Below, in pieces: positions 37,701 through 47,303 of a stretch of DNA of 64,000 bases. The notes beneath the pieces were generated by a model, which was given only the letters and a program-made list of their open reading frames with translations, was not told the origin of the DNA and searched no databases. The position numbers were made by a program, and so were the translations under genes. Each line of letters starts with the position of its first letter. Positions within the stretch are counted from its first letter, which is position 1. Source of the DNA: a virus (Duplodnaviria; Caudoviricetes); IMG/VR virus record IMGVR_UViG_3300043812_000016, positions 64,001-128,000 of that record; one strand, 5' to 3'.

Positions 37701-40253
37701 AATAACCCGACAATGACACTACAGTCTGTTCTTTCTAACAATGACTGGAGCCATGCTATTTATCCTAATTGTAATATTAATGCAATTACCCAAAACAGTA
37801 ATTATGAAGTTACTCTTAAAGGAACAGCTACTCTAGATCCATTCCCTACAGCACTGGGTACTTATATCTTACAAATTAGATTTGACCATATTACTGCTGG
37901 TACAGTTAAATATTGTAAGGTTAAGATTGAAAAGGGTAGTGTTGCTACCCCTTATGTTGCTAGTGATACCAGCTATCGTTCTTTGATTAAAGCTACAGAC
38001 AGTAAAATTGAAGGTGCTGTAATGAAAGGCACTGACTATGCGGGTATGGTCATTACTCCAGAACACGGTTTTACTGCTGTTGCTAATAACATGAACTTTA
38101 CTCTTAATAAGACTGCTGGTTTTGTTATTAACAATAAGAGCGACAATATATTTAAGGTTGATCCTAGTGGTAACTTAACCATGAAAGGAAATCTTGTTGC
38201 TGGTAACATTTCGGGGGTAAACTTTACTGGACAAAGCCTTAACCTAGCTGGTTCATTGAACGTATCTGGATCTATTTTATCTAGTAGTGGTAATGTAGCT
38301 ATTAGCTCTAATGGTATTACCATTAAAGATGGTGGATTAAAAATTGTTAATGATCAAGGTGAAACTACTACCATGATTAAAGACAATGGTACCTTTGTTA
38401 CTAATAAAGGTTTCTTTAGTGGTTCTATTACTGGTAGTAATATTGTTCTAAATGGTAATGATGGTTCTAAAATCTCTGCTAGTGGTGGTGCTTTTAGTGT
38501 AGACGGTTTTGGTAATGTTACTGCAAACTCAATTAAAATTACTGGTAACCGTAAGGATGACGTATCTAATCAAGCTCTGATAAAGGGGGCTAGTATTACA
38601 GACGGTAATATTATTAAAGGTAATTTAATCGAGGGTAATAATATTATTGGTAACCGGATTCAATCATCTGAATTTATGACTTCTACTCGTGAGTACTCTA
38701 ATGGATCCTACTATCCAATTTCTGGGTCTATCTATACGCCATCATTTCTTATTGAAGATTCTGGTAATATTAGTGTACATACTGTCTTTCCTCAAGCCTT
38801 TTCTACCATTGCTCGAATTGGATCTAATAAAGGGGTTGACGGTCCCTATGTAAACATTACCCATGAAGCATTTGACCGTAGTACTTTGTCTGGATCTTTC
38901 GGGTATGGTAAAGGCTATGAATATCCAGTTCCATATTTATATGGTCATCAAGGGGGAATGGTAGAGTATCCTGTTAATTCTAATGAATTAAGTATTGTTT
39001 ATATGAATGATATTAGTAGGTCTGAATATAATGGTTATGGATTATATGATGGCTATAAATATACTGAGATAGCAACAATTAATGATATTGTACAAAAGTA
39101 TAAGTCTAAGATAGGGCGAATCAAGTTTAACTTTGGTATTGTTTGTACTTATGGTAGCTATGATACTTCAGGGGGTACTACAGTGGCTGGAGGATACCAT
39201 GATTTGTATGTTGTATTAACTACTGGAAGGATTAATGAAAATGATACTTATCATGTAGACTTTGATGGAAAAACTTTTAATAATGTAAAAAATAATATTA
39301 AGATTAAAATGACATCTAAGAAGGTTTTAACTGGTGTCGGGGGATTGTCTTATTATAATTTGTATGCTGAACTATCGACTAAGGATTTAGATTTAGCTAA
39401 TACCTATTATTTAGGAGTATTGCAAAAAGGATTTATAAAAGACTCCAGAGAGTCCCTTGCTAACCATACATGGAAGATTCAAATTGATGAGATGGCAATA
39501 ATTCCAGAGGGCGATATTCTTGATGATCAAGGTTATTATGTTCCTACTGCGGGTGGGAGTTATCGAGATCTTACAATATCGGCTAACGGATCAATTATTA
39601 CCCATGAAGACGATATTGGAGTACAAACTACTTCTGAATATAATAGTAGGTACCTTTCTTTTGCAGTAAGTACTGATGGGCAGAGTCCAATGCCTTATTG
39701 GACGACTATAAATGCAGATGGTATTGGGTTCTCTATTGGTAATAATAATAGCTCTACCGATGGTAATGGTAACCCTAATGGCTTAGCTACCCGACAGTGT
39801 ATTTATTTCTCTGGAGACTCTAACCAAAATGGGATGTCAATGGATAACTATGGTAATGTTCACGGACAGGTATGGTCTGGAGCTTGGAAAGTTTACAATA
39901 ATCAGGGTGACGAGGTATTTAATGTGCCATTTGATCCTAATGGTGTGTTTAATTTTTATGTACCTAGAGTAAATAAAAATCAAGATCCGGGTCATAAATG
40001 GGGAGGTCTAAAGATTGGTTGGGTTTACTTTGACCAACCACAATATAGATGGGCTGAAACGGTTCCTGCTATTTATAATACCGGAGGGAGAGTTAAGGGT
40101 TTTGCCATGTTTGACCAGTATCTTATTTCTTTTGTGGATGGTTGGTGTTACCAATTATCATCTTGGTGGAATCATGGTGTCCCTAATGGCGTTGATAGTT
40201 CAAAAGGTGAGGCAGAAGGAACAAATACAGACGCTGGTCATAGAGGTGTCTAA
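34791..40253 (+). CDS. Baseplate central spike/large tail fibre-like protein
   Basis: N-terminus LAKVTKVYY...SAPIPV...GDLIAIAYING....PIVIGVY resembles the K-like spike OB-fold. It is followed by heptad repeats, IEDxAV decapeptide repeats, a possible carbohydrate-binding module and G/N/S/I-rich beta-helix repeats. Confidence 0.72.
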   Translation: MGQKINIPSQNQPFRKQSSLGGDVSFRNLNGTNDNSFITLAKVTKVYYKQGKLDFKLTNTVSIVQEQGGDGSGSAPIPVDFFGRKPDGQVFGHYRPVKVGDLIAIAYINGHRSNPIVIGVYPDSAPDYELISPSMFETGDDNDSGIAETGLAEQKVYPSMQTSYRSGSGTIAEALNGHSFLILDDETANQYDQLWTDYESVGFFNHNGETTNPLKEEAGSWLLVHEDNPDGDGDGHRTRFYVNPKGEIQIVLMGSDSEGDVSVLEGSRKDGFTLKHYNDLSSIKAGDKGQDVYNPDFDVAKKYVELNIGKDQSILMQAVDQGFSGGNTSLTVKPDGVYLNDKPLNASITDSVREHSKEVADAISKDLTSTKEWEDFDKRVTQAGKDAKDAGDKAKQAGEDAKQAGISAEKAGEDAKKTGEDIKRHVIYYASAFPQGDHYIPGKYLAINTETYIANGIIKSAMIEDGAIDNAKIAYEAVGSSQIEDLAVTRGKLAYMAVGTAQIEDLAVSDEKVDHLSFNHMEGELLDAHKIRVRNLSGDSISAKTLTADKLIIGELGDITDKLGTIADGKIIVKGNGKNSGVSLEGLDADNPDVYTPSKKAILANIVKAIRSSALASLDYAKQVGLSNDPVAIDLQNKYNAMVDGLAPIFNDMTATTNFDHNTVEKLTSDCNNAIDKFQNLANSQLNRKIGQTADNKNSVYQGYEQPANPHINDIWFQENSDGTYQIRVYDGGSWISPGMQDIKEVQESLQNLPRSYYQASAPTGNISAGSTWYKLERGSDGNYTYTPYKWENKQWVKMLSSDQVVASRDIRSLQDDLKDVNGNLTKLNNQVIYDKTNIQADYNGKIEAVNNVVNSNKATTDKALSDNLSTAKGYADDRANGALASATKYVDTQLKISKEGLESQILGTGGGVNLALASDSDWSVPASGAYIGDSNKCIELSRYVLDGDNFSKGDTITYSVHLSFSGIKGNNPTMTLQSVLSNNDWSHAIYPNCNINAITQNSNYEVTLKGTATLDPFPTALGTYILQIRFDHITAGTVKYCKVKIEKGSVATPYVASDTSYRSLIKATDSKIEGAVMKGTDYAGMVITPEHGFTAVANNMNFTLNKTAGFVINNKSDNIFKVDPSGNLTMKGNLVAGNISGVNFTGQSLNLAGSLNVSGSILSSSGNVAISSNGITIKDGGLKIVNDQGETTTMIKDNGTFVTNKGFFSGSITGSNIVLNGNDGSKISASGGAFSVDGFGNVTANSIKITGNRKDDVSNQALIKGASITDGNIIKGNLIEGNNIIGNRIQSSEFMTSTREYSNGSYYPISGSIYTPSFLIEDSGNISVHTVFPQAFSTIARIGSNKGVDGPYVNITHEAFDRSTLSGSFGYGKGYEYPVPYLYGHQGGMVEYPVNSNELSIVYMNDISRSEYNGYGLYDGYKYTEIATINDIVQKYKSKIGRIKFNFGIVCTYGSYDTSGGTTVAGGYHDLYVVLTTGRINENDTYHVDFDGKTFNNVKNNIKIKMTSKKVLTGVGGLSYYNLYAELSTKDLDLANTYYLGVLQKGFIKDSRESLANHTWKIQIDEMAIIPEGDILDDQGYYVPTAGGSYRDLTISANGSIITHEDDIGVQTTSEYNSRYLSFAVSTDGQSPMPYWTTINADGIGFSIGNNNSSTDGNGNPNGLATRQCIYFSGDSNQNGMSMDNYGNVHGQVWSGAWKVYNNQGDEVFNVPFDPNGVFNFYVPRVNKNQDPGHKWGGLKIGWVYFDQPQYRWAETVPAIYNTGGRVKGFAMFDQYLISFVDGWCYQLSSWWNHGVPNGVDSSKGEAEGTNTDAGHRGV

Positions 40254-40308
40254 ATCTGACTAAATTTGTGTTATAATAGGGATAGCCTATAAATGGAGGA
40301 AGATATAA

Positions 40309-40683
40309 GTGTCTAAACTGCTAATTAATAAGAGTGTAGAAGAACACCAAGAATTAGATAGTAATAACCAAGTAACCATTAAAAAGAGCGTTACTTTAGA
40401 CGGAACAGTTATTGACGAACAAACAGGTAATACTTTAATGAATATGCGTACTACCCTATTGGGAGATGGTGCAACACCTCAAACCCTTGTATATGGTGGG
40501 GAAGATAGTATTGTCGGATTTAATGATGATGGTACTGTTCGTATAGCTTCTGCTACAAAAGAAGAGCGTGATAAAAATCTAGTAAAGTTTCGTGCTAGGG
40601 CTATTAAGGAACAAAAAGAATTATCTAAAGAAAATGGAATTGATCCTAGTGTTGTTAATAACTATGGAGACGAACTTAAGTAA
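40309..40683 (+). CDS. Hypothetical protein (possible tail fibre accessory)
   Basis: RBS GGAGG. Follows the fibre gene. Confidence 0.6.
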   Translation: MSKLLINKSVEEHQELDSNNQVTIKKSVTLDGTVIDEQTGNTLMNMRTTLLGDGATPQTLVYGGEDSIVGFNDDGTVRIASATKEERDKNLVKFRARAIKEQKELSKENGIDPSVVNNYGDELK

Positions 40684-40701
40684 GAATAGGAGAGATATAA
40701 T

Positions 40702-40938
40702 ATGAATAATAATCAAGCAGGACAACAAAACAACCCTATGAATGTAGATGCTAATGCACTTTTAGACGATTATAAGAAACAAGTGGGAGATCTTGATTTA
40801 AACGTTAAGATTAAAGATATTCAAATTAAAAACTACCAAAAAGAAAATCAACGTTTGCGGGAACAGGCTAAGTCTTTACAAGAGCAAATTAATACTTTAT
40901 CTGGAAAAGATGAAAAGTCTAGTAAGGATAAAAAATAA
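40702..40938 (+). CDS. Small coiled-coil protein
   Basis: RBS AGGAG. Heptad pattern. Confidence 0.65.
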   Translation: MNNNQAGQQNNPMNVDANALLDDYKKQVGDLDLNVKIKDIQIKNYQKENQRLREQAKSLQEQINTLSGKDEKSSKDKK

Positions 40939-41126
40939 TGTTAAAAGATAAATTAGAAGCTGAACAAGAACAATTAGACGCTAAGGTTAAGAAACTTGAA
41001 GCATTCTTAACTGATAAAGAAAAATTAAAAGATCTTAAGTTCAAACAAATTCAGTTATTGCATAAGCAACTTTCGGGAATGAAAACTTACTTAGAAGCCT
41101 TAATGGAACGAATTAAGAACTTATGA
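40938..41126 (+). CDS. Small helical-hairpin phage protein (crAss001_48-like pattern)
   Basis: E.EQLD.K..KL.AF....LL..QL..M..Y...L..RI pattern. Confidence 0.55.
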   Translation: MLKDKLEAEQEQLDAKVKKLEAFLTDKEKLKDLKFKQIQLLHKQLSGMKTYLEALMERIKNL

Positions 41127-41131
41127 TATTA

Positions 41132-41158
41132 AGGGCAGGTTAATTACCTGTCCTTTTT
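41132..41158 (+). terminator. Terminator
   Basis: GGGCAGGT-taatt-ACCTGTCC followed by Ts. Confidence 0.8.
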
Positions 41159-41193
41159 ATATTAAAAGCAGTAAATACTAAGTAGGTGATATA

Positions 41194-41778
41194 ATGGCAA
41201 TGGCTGATGGTCGTTATTACCTAGATCGGTGTGCTTTTAGAATACTAAATAGTGATGGTTCACAACGAAATCGCTTTGACTTTTCAATTAACCCACAATC
41301 AATCCAAGAGCAAACACAAGCCCGTACAGCTTATATGAATACTAAGGATTGGGGAACTGTTCAGAACTTTGGTATGGGTCAAAAGTCAATTACTATTTCT
41401 GGTACAACTGGTTGGCAACATGGTTTAGGTATAGATCAAGCATGGCAATTAAAATCTTTTTTAGACACATATTTAAATAATTATCCGACTGGAACCGAGG
41501 ATAACCACCCTGTTCTAGTCTTTGATAACTATACTGATAACTACTCTTATAAGGTTGCTATTTCACCATCTGGCTATCAATTTAGTCAAGACGTATCGCA
41601 AGCAATCCTTATTAAGTACACAATTAATATGATTGTAGTTGGTAACACAGACCAAGCGTCTGCTAGTGATCGTACTAATACATTAATAGGTAGACCCGGT
41701 GAGGGTGGGATGACAGATGGTAATATGAGTAATGCTACTAGCTCTGTGATTGCTAGTTTAAGGAGGGATATAAGATAG
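41194..41778 (+). CDS. Baseplate/tube initiator virion protein
   Basis: MAMADG...F.INPQS.....RT....T......FG.G...I.ISGTTG resembles the K-like homolog. Confidence 0.72.
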   Translation: MAMADGRYYLDRCAFRILNSDGSQRNRFDFSINPQSIQEQTQARTAYMNTKDWGTVQNFGMGQKSITISGTTGWQHGLGIDQAWQLKSFLDTYLNNYPTGTEDNHPVLVFDNYTDNYSYKVAISPSGYQFSQDVSQAILIKYTINMIVVGNTDQASASDRTNTLIGRPGEGGMTDGNMSNATSSVIASLRRDIR

Positions 41779-42320
41779 TGACAGGTAAGAATAATTATTT
41801 TGACCCAATTACACTAGACGAATACTTTTTATATTCCTTACCAGATATTACGTCTGATAATCGTTTAATTATTCCCGAATTGCAACTAAAAACATTTAAT
41901 GGACTAGCTAATCAACCACAACTACAGGTGTCTGAATTAACTAAGATGTTTCAGTATTATACCTTATCTTATTTACCAATCTTCTTTGGTAAGACACCAG
42001 CAGACAGATCTTTTACTAATAAGTTAGCTCATACTAAGATGTTTTCTTATAAACCGGGAGCCTATAAGTTATTAAATGCAGTTTATCTTGAAATTAGATC
42101 ATTAACTTGGCACTTAGATAATGCACCAGATTTAATTCAGTACATCAGTAAAAAGGATATTGTTCGTATTCGTTATAATTTAAGAGTAATGGCTGACTGG
42201 TGTGGAGACTATACAGAGTATGTAGATTTTATTCCAAAGCTAAGACAGTTAGAAGTTGACCTAGGTTTTATTGAGAATAAGCTTAATTATATTGTTAACC
42301 ATTATGGCTATACAAAGTAA
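41778..42320 (+). CDS. Virion structural protein (baseplate region)
   Basis: Synteny and size. Confidence 0.55.
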   Translation: MTGKNNYFDPITLDEYFLYSLPDITSDNRLIIPELQLKTFNGLANQPQLQVSELTKMFQYYTLSYLPIFFGKTPADRSFTNKLAHTKMFSYKPGAYKLLNAVYLEIRSLTWHLDNAPDLIQYISKKDIVRIRYNLRVMADWCGDYTEYVDFIPKLRQLEVDLGFIENKLNYIVNHYGYTK

Positions 42321-42332
42321 GGTGGTGAGATT

Positions 42333-43040
42333 TTGAGTGCTTATAAACATTACGTAATTCAAGAGGGAGATACAATCCAGACAATTGCCTTTAAGCTTTA
42401 TCAAGATATGGAGCAATGGCATACGCTAGTTAATCTTAATCATTTAGAATACCCCTACATTGTTGACACTCCACAAGAAAAGATGGGAAATCCAGAACAT
42501 CTTTTAACTCGTGGAGATCGAATGCTATTACCTAATGACCAAGATACTTGGCAAAGAGCAAGCGAAAATAAGATTATTGAGTCTAATACCGCTCACTATC
42601 AGCCAGCCTATTATGATACTGTTTTAGGTATGGACCTTGCCTTAAATGTTAATACTGATGGTCATATGGACGAGGCTTTTGGGATTTTAGACTCAGACGG
42701 ACACCAACCTAATACTGTGGTAGGAATACAAAACTTAAAGCAGAGTTTAATCTTACGAATTTTAACACGTAAGGGTACACTTTTATTTCACCCCGAATAT
42801 GGCTCTCTATTGCCCGATATGCTCGGTAAGCAGATGAATAGGCAATTGCTCATGGATGCTAAAAATGAGCTTAGACGCACGCTCACGTCCGATCCACGAG
42901 TAAAGAATGCAACAGTAACGTCTGCTAAGATGTCATATACCTCGATGTTCTTAACGGCAGATATTACACCAATTGGCTCAGACAGGACTTTTAATCTTTA
43001 CCTTTACCAATCAGAAAACGGAGAAATTTCAATTAGATAG
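42333..43040 (+). CDS. Baseplate wedge/sheath initiator (LysM-like N-terminus, gp25-like C-terminus)
   Basis: HYVIQEGDTIQTIA...W..L...N.L.YPYI and GIQNLKQSL..RILTRKGTL..HPEYGS...DPRV. Confidence 0.85.
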   Translation: MSAYKHYVIQEGDTIQTIAFKLYQDMEQWHTLVNLNHLEYPYIVDTPQEKMGNPEHLLTRGDRMLLPNDQDTWQRASENKIIESNTAHYQPAYYDTVLGMDLALNVNTDGHMDEAFGILDSDGHQPNTVVGIQNLKQSLILRILTRKGTLLFHPEYGSLLPDMLGKQMNRQLLMDAKNELRRTLTSDPRVKNATVTSAKMSYTSMFLTADITPIGSDRTFNLYLYQSENGEISIR

Positions 43041-43053
43041 GGAGTGACGAAGG

Positions 43054-44487
43054 TTGGCAATTGATACATCAGCAGATACTACACAAATAGATAAAAATGG
43101 TTTTGCTTTTCGGAAAGCTAGTCAAATTATTCAATCAGAAATTGATCAAGTTAGAACTCATACTGATTTGATTAATGACTTTAGCACTGGTTCGATTACT
43201 CGTACTTTAATCGAAGCCGAAGCAATTGAAATTGAAAAACTTTATTATTACACATTAGAAAACCTACAGAAGTCGATTGATGACGCAGTAACTTCGGCTT
43301 TCGGCTTTACACATAAGAGTGCAACTTATGCTTTTGGTGACGTTTTTGTTCGACTTAACGGGACTTTACAGCAGGATTTAGTAGTAGATCGTGGTACTCG
43401 TTTTTATTCCACTAACCCTAATTATGAACAAGTATATAGGACAATGGTTCCTTATCGTGTTCCTAAAGGAGCTAAGTCATTTACTATTCCAGTTTATTGT
43501 ACTGTAATTGGTTCTTATGGTAACATTCCAGATCGGGTAATTGATCGTACAACTGATATTGGTGGAATTGCAGAAGTCTATAATCCTGAGGCTTTTAATA
43601 CAGGTGAAGACGAGGAGAATCCACAACAGGCTAAAGTTCGATTTAGACAGATGATCCAGTCTCTAGCTCGTGGTACTAATCAGTCCTTAAAATATATTGC
43701 AGAAAGCGTTCCGGGGGTTGCTGGTGCTAATGTCTATGAATCTACCTACGGAGCGGTAGTTGTTTATGCACATGACGCTAATGGAAACTTGAGTGATGAT
43801 CTTAAACAGCAGATTGCTGATCGGTTAGTTAATTATAAACCAGCAGGAATTAAAGTCATGGTTTATCCAACCCATAAATCTGTAGTTGCTCTTGACGTTA
43901 CTGTTAGAGTAGATAATTCAGACTTATTAACTAATGACTTTCTGGCTTTAATTAAACAAAATCTCGCTAATTACATTAACTCGCTTACTGTAGGTGAGCC
44001 TCTATATAAGGCAAACATTATTCAAAAAGTAATGGATACTGACGATTTAGGTTTACTTGATACGACAGTGGACGTTAAAGTCTATCCAGATAGAAAGATG
44101 TTAAATAACCCCGGAATTAGTGATGATACAATTATTAATATCAAGGGTGCAGAAGTAAAACAACCTTACCTTAGACCTACTGATATTACCCAAGATGGGA
44201 CTTATGGTATTTTAGGTCGTAAGTCTAATAAGCTTACTGAACAAGACGGGGTGAGCTGGAAAGATTCTATTGTAAAGGATAAACAACCAGAGCAAGATGA
44301 GATTACAGAGGGTTTAGATATAGATGATGTATACCGAACTAATTCAAATGAAATCTTACGTCTGGCTATCTGTAATATTAAGTTCAAACAAGAAGCTAAT
44401 GAAGCAGACCCAACAGTTTTAATCAATGACAAAGCACCACAAGATGATTCCTTGCCTAGTGTACTAGCTAATGGAATTGGTAAATAG
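43054..44487 (+). CDS. Baseplate J-like wedge protein
   Basis: INDFSTGSITRTLIEA, TGEDEE...RF...IQSLARGT and YKPAGI motifs. Confidence 0.88.
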   Translation: MAIDTSADTTQIDKNGFAFRKASQIIQSEIDQVRTHTDLINDFSTGSITRTLIEAEAIEIEKLYYYTLENLQKSIDDAVTSAFGFTHKSATYAFGDVFVRLNGTLQQDLVVDRGTRFYSTNPNYEQVYRTMVPYRVPKGAKSFTIPVYCTVIGSYGNIPDRVIDRTTDIGGIAEVYNPEAFNTGEDEENPQQAKVRFRQMIQSLARGTNQSLKYIAESVPGVAGANVYESTYGAVVVYAHDANGNLSDDLKQQIADRLVNYKPAGIKVMVYPTHKSVVALDVTVRVDNSDLLTNDFLALIKQNLANYINSLTVGEPLYKANIIQKVMDTDDLGLLDTTVDVKVYPDRKMLNNPGISDDTIINIKGAEVKQPYLRPTDITQDGTYGILGRKSNKLTEQDGVSWKDSIVKDKQPEQDEITEGLDIDDVYRTNSNEILRLAICNIKFKQEANEADPTVLINDKAPQDDSLPSVLANGIGK

Positions 44488-44499
44488 GAGGTGTAGGTT

Positions 44500-45854
44500 A
44501 TGAGTATTGCTAATAACTTACATCCATTATGGAAAGGTGCACTAAGAGGTTATAATAAACCTACAGGGGAAGTTAATGATGCTCTGATTAATGCACTCCA
44601 GTATGAAGGTAGATCGGGCAGAAGCTAGTATGTATTCGACTAAGATTGATTCTTATTTAGATACTGCTAGGGGTGTTTGGCTTGATTACTGGGGTAGCTG
44701 GTTAGGGTTACAGCGTTTAAGCGGTGAGAATGATTATACTTACCGTGAAAAGTTAAAACACCATGTTTTGCATAGTCGAAGTACTAATAATAGTATTAGA
44801 GAGGCTCTTGCTAATTATTTACATACTAATGTAGGTAATATCTATATCTATGAGCCTTATCGTGATATGTTTATCTGGAATTCCAGCAAGTGGAATACTT
44901 ACAAATTTTATCCTTCTACTTATTACCGCTATGCAGTAATTGACGTTCAGATTGATTCTCCGATTAATACAATTGCTGGTGAGATTATTAACCTGTTTAG
45001 ACCTGCTGGGAGTTATCTGGGTTATTACCTCCTTAGTTAATGTATTAAATACTAAAGCGCCAATTATTGACTTTACTGCTTATGATAAATACAACTTTGT
45101 AACCGAAGATGTTGATTATATTGGGTTTACTGAAAGAGACGCTAATTATATTCTCCCTAATTTTGATCGAACTATCCATGTAACTGATCCATTTATTTAT
45201 AACGATAGCTTGTTAAACGGAGGAAAGAAATATTATACTCCCGGTGGTTTTCATAATATGATTTGGCTTGGTAAGGTTTTAAAGGATTACCAACCAACTC
45301 AAACCTTAGATACAGGACAATCAAAATCATTTGTAGAAATGCTACCATTACAAGATTATAATGCAATGTCAAGAATTGATAGCTTATCTAAGGACTTTGA
45401 ATATAATTCCCTAGGTATTGGTGGAGGAATTGATTTCTATACTTTCTTAGGGGGTAATTTAACTGGTAATACTCCTAAGCAAGCAGTACTTAATAAATTA
45501 GATAAATTCCCAATCAAGACTCTTGCTACCTATATGAAAGTTAATGGTATAGGCAGTAAACAAACAATTCACCCCTATGTATATGACTTTATTAATAATA
45601 TGTGGGTAAAGTTTTCTGACTATGAATTAAGTTCAAAATATAAGCTATACCGAATTAGCTTTAATACATTGAAACCTTACCTTAATAATAATGGAATTAT
45701 GTATGTTAAGTTTATGTTCGATACTCAGTCTTCCATTTCTGTAGATTACTTTGGTTTTGATTATGAAGACGACAGTGTTGGAGTAATGAGAATGGGATCG
45801 ATTGATGGTCAATTTAAGATGGGTGCATATACACAAGATCGATATAATGATTAA
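44500..45854 (+). CDS. Baseplate wedge protein (gpI-like); two apparent frameshifts near 44608 and 45008
   Basis: MSIANNLHPLW...ALINAL, then LDTARGVWLDYWGSWLG..R, then FRPAG|VIW join into one protein resembling the K-like gene after baseplate J. Confidence 0.75.
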
Positions 45855-45879
45855 GAGACAGGTTAACCCCTGTCTTTTT
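45853..45879 (+). terminator. Terminator
   Basis: AGACAGG-ttaacc-CCTGTCT followed by Ts. Confidence 0.75.
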
Positions 45880-45956
45880 AGATTCAACTATATTAAAGCA
45901 AGACAAAAGAGACTTTCTAGTATACTAAGAAAGAATAAATTAAAGGAGTAATTAAA

Positions 45957-46475
45957 ATGGTTGTTAAGTTTACGCAAGCATATATGACAACAGATTATCC
46001 AGATGAAAATGGTAACTACTACTATCCTGTATTTGTACCAGAAAATGCTCATGTACAGTTACCAATCGTTACTTCGATGCCAGATGCTAGTTTAGGAAAT
46101 CGTGGTATTCGTTATGATTGGAATACTAATAGCTGGACTGTATCAAGTGATGACCCACTAATTAAAAAGATTAATACTCTTGAAGCACAATTGAATGGTT
46201 TAGTTTCAGCTTCTAAAGGTGATAACAGCACCTCAGGAAATCCTAGTTCAACTCAACCAACTACCCCTGCTAGTTCTGCTGATAGCTCGTCTACTGCACC
46301 TGCAAGTCCTAATGGTAGTACATTATCTAATATGATGAATATGTTTAATGGAATGAACCCGAGTCCAGCTAACGCAACTAGTCAAGCTCAACCAGCTAGT
46401 TCTGACTCTAGCTCAGCAGACGTTAATTCAGTAAACCCAGACACTCCAGACCCAACAAAGGACAGTGATAAGTAA
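45957..46475 (+). CDS. Hypothetical tail-associated protein with S/P/T-rich low-complexity C-terminus
   Basis: RBS AAGGAG and TATATTAA upstream. Confidence 0.6.
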   Translation: MVVKFTQAYMTTDYPDENGNYYYPVFVPENAHVQLPIVTSMPDASLGNRGIRYDWNTNSWTVSSDDPLIKKINTLEAQLNGLVSASKGDNSTSGNPSSTQPTTPASSADSSSTAPASPNGSTLSNMMNMFNGMNPSPANATSQAQPASSDSSSADVNSVNPDTPDPTKDSDK

Positions 46476-46717
46476 TGAGAGCTGAATTTTACGACAATTA
46501 TTGGTATAACCAGATGTGTGCGGGTTATGAAAAAGGAGTATTTAAAGAAGAATGGTACATCGATAAGGCTGTAGATTTTGGCTGGATTGATGAAAAAGAG
46601 GCACAAGTCTTACATAAGAAATATTTTACAAAACCAGACGATATTATCATTCCTAATCCTCCTGCTTCTATTCAACTCTACGTATCTACTACGAGTGTAG
46701 AAGTAAGGGGTGAATAG
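46475..46717 (+). CDS. Small XkdX-like protein
   Basis: Y..G.F....I..AV.FGWI...E pattern. Confidence 0.5.
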   Translation: MRAEFYDNYWYNQMCAGYEKGVFKEEWYIDKAVDFGWIDEKEAQVLHKKYFTKPDDIIIPNPPASIQLYVSTTSVEVRGE

Positions 46718-46719
46718 AA

Positions 46720-47268
46720 TTGGCAATTGAAACTAACATGGGACACGTTCTCCAAGCTATTGATTTTAGCCAAAAACGTGATCTTTATTTTGTATTAGGT
46801 CGGGATAAAGACTGGCCGGATCCTTCTAGTCCTAGCCCTGAGAGTGTAACTACTACTATGATTGAGAATCCATTAGCCGTAGTTAAGGTTGATCGGTTAG
46901 TCTTATGCTATAAAACAGACGAACACGTTCCAGATAGTGCTTCGGATGGTGACGATTTTGTTATCTATAAGGGTAGCAAGTGGAAGACTATTAGATCAGA
47001 CCAAGTATTAAGTAATAACCAATTACTCCAACCTGCTAACTATGTTTGTTTAATTGGTACTTTAGACGTAGCTAAGTTACCAATGTTTAGCTTTACTCAA
47101 ATCGGTGTAACAGAAGATGTAGCAATTGCAGATAATGCCCCGTCAAAACATGAAGCACAAAAGCAAAATGTTACTAATTGGGGTAATATGTATTTCTATG
47201 AAAATAGACCAATGGAAACATATGGTAATACACAACGTAAGATTATGAAGTACATGATTCAGTTTTAG
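46720..47268 (+). CDS. Baseplate protein
   Basis: MAIETN..HV..A......LYFVLG....W...PSPE resembles the K-like ~175-aa baseplate protein. Confidence 0.75.
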   Translation: MAIETNMGHVLQAIDFSQKRDLYFVLGRDKDWPDPSSPSPESVTTTMIENPLAVVKVDRLVLCYKTDEHVPDSASDGDDFVIYKGSKWKTIRSDQVLSNNQLLQPANYVCLIGTLDVAKLPMFSFTQIGVTEDVAIADNAPSKHEAQKQNVTNWGNMYFYENRPMETYGNTQRKIMKYMIQF

Positions 47269-47303
47269 ATTAAAACTTAAGTAGAAAGGAATGATAAAAG
47301 TAT

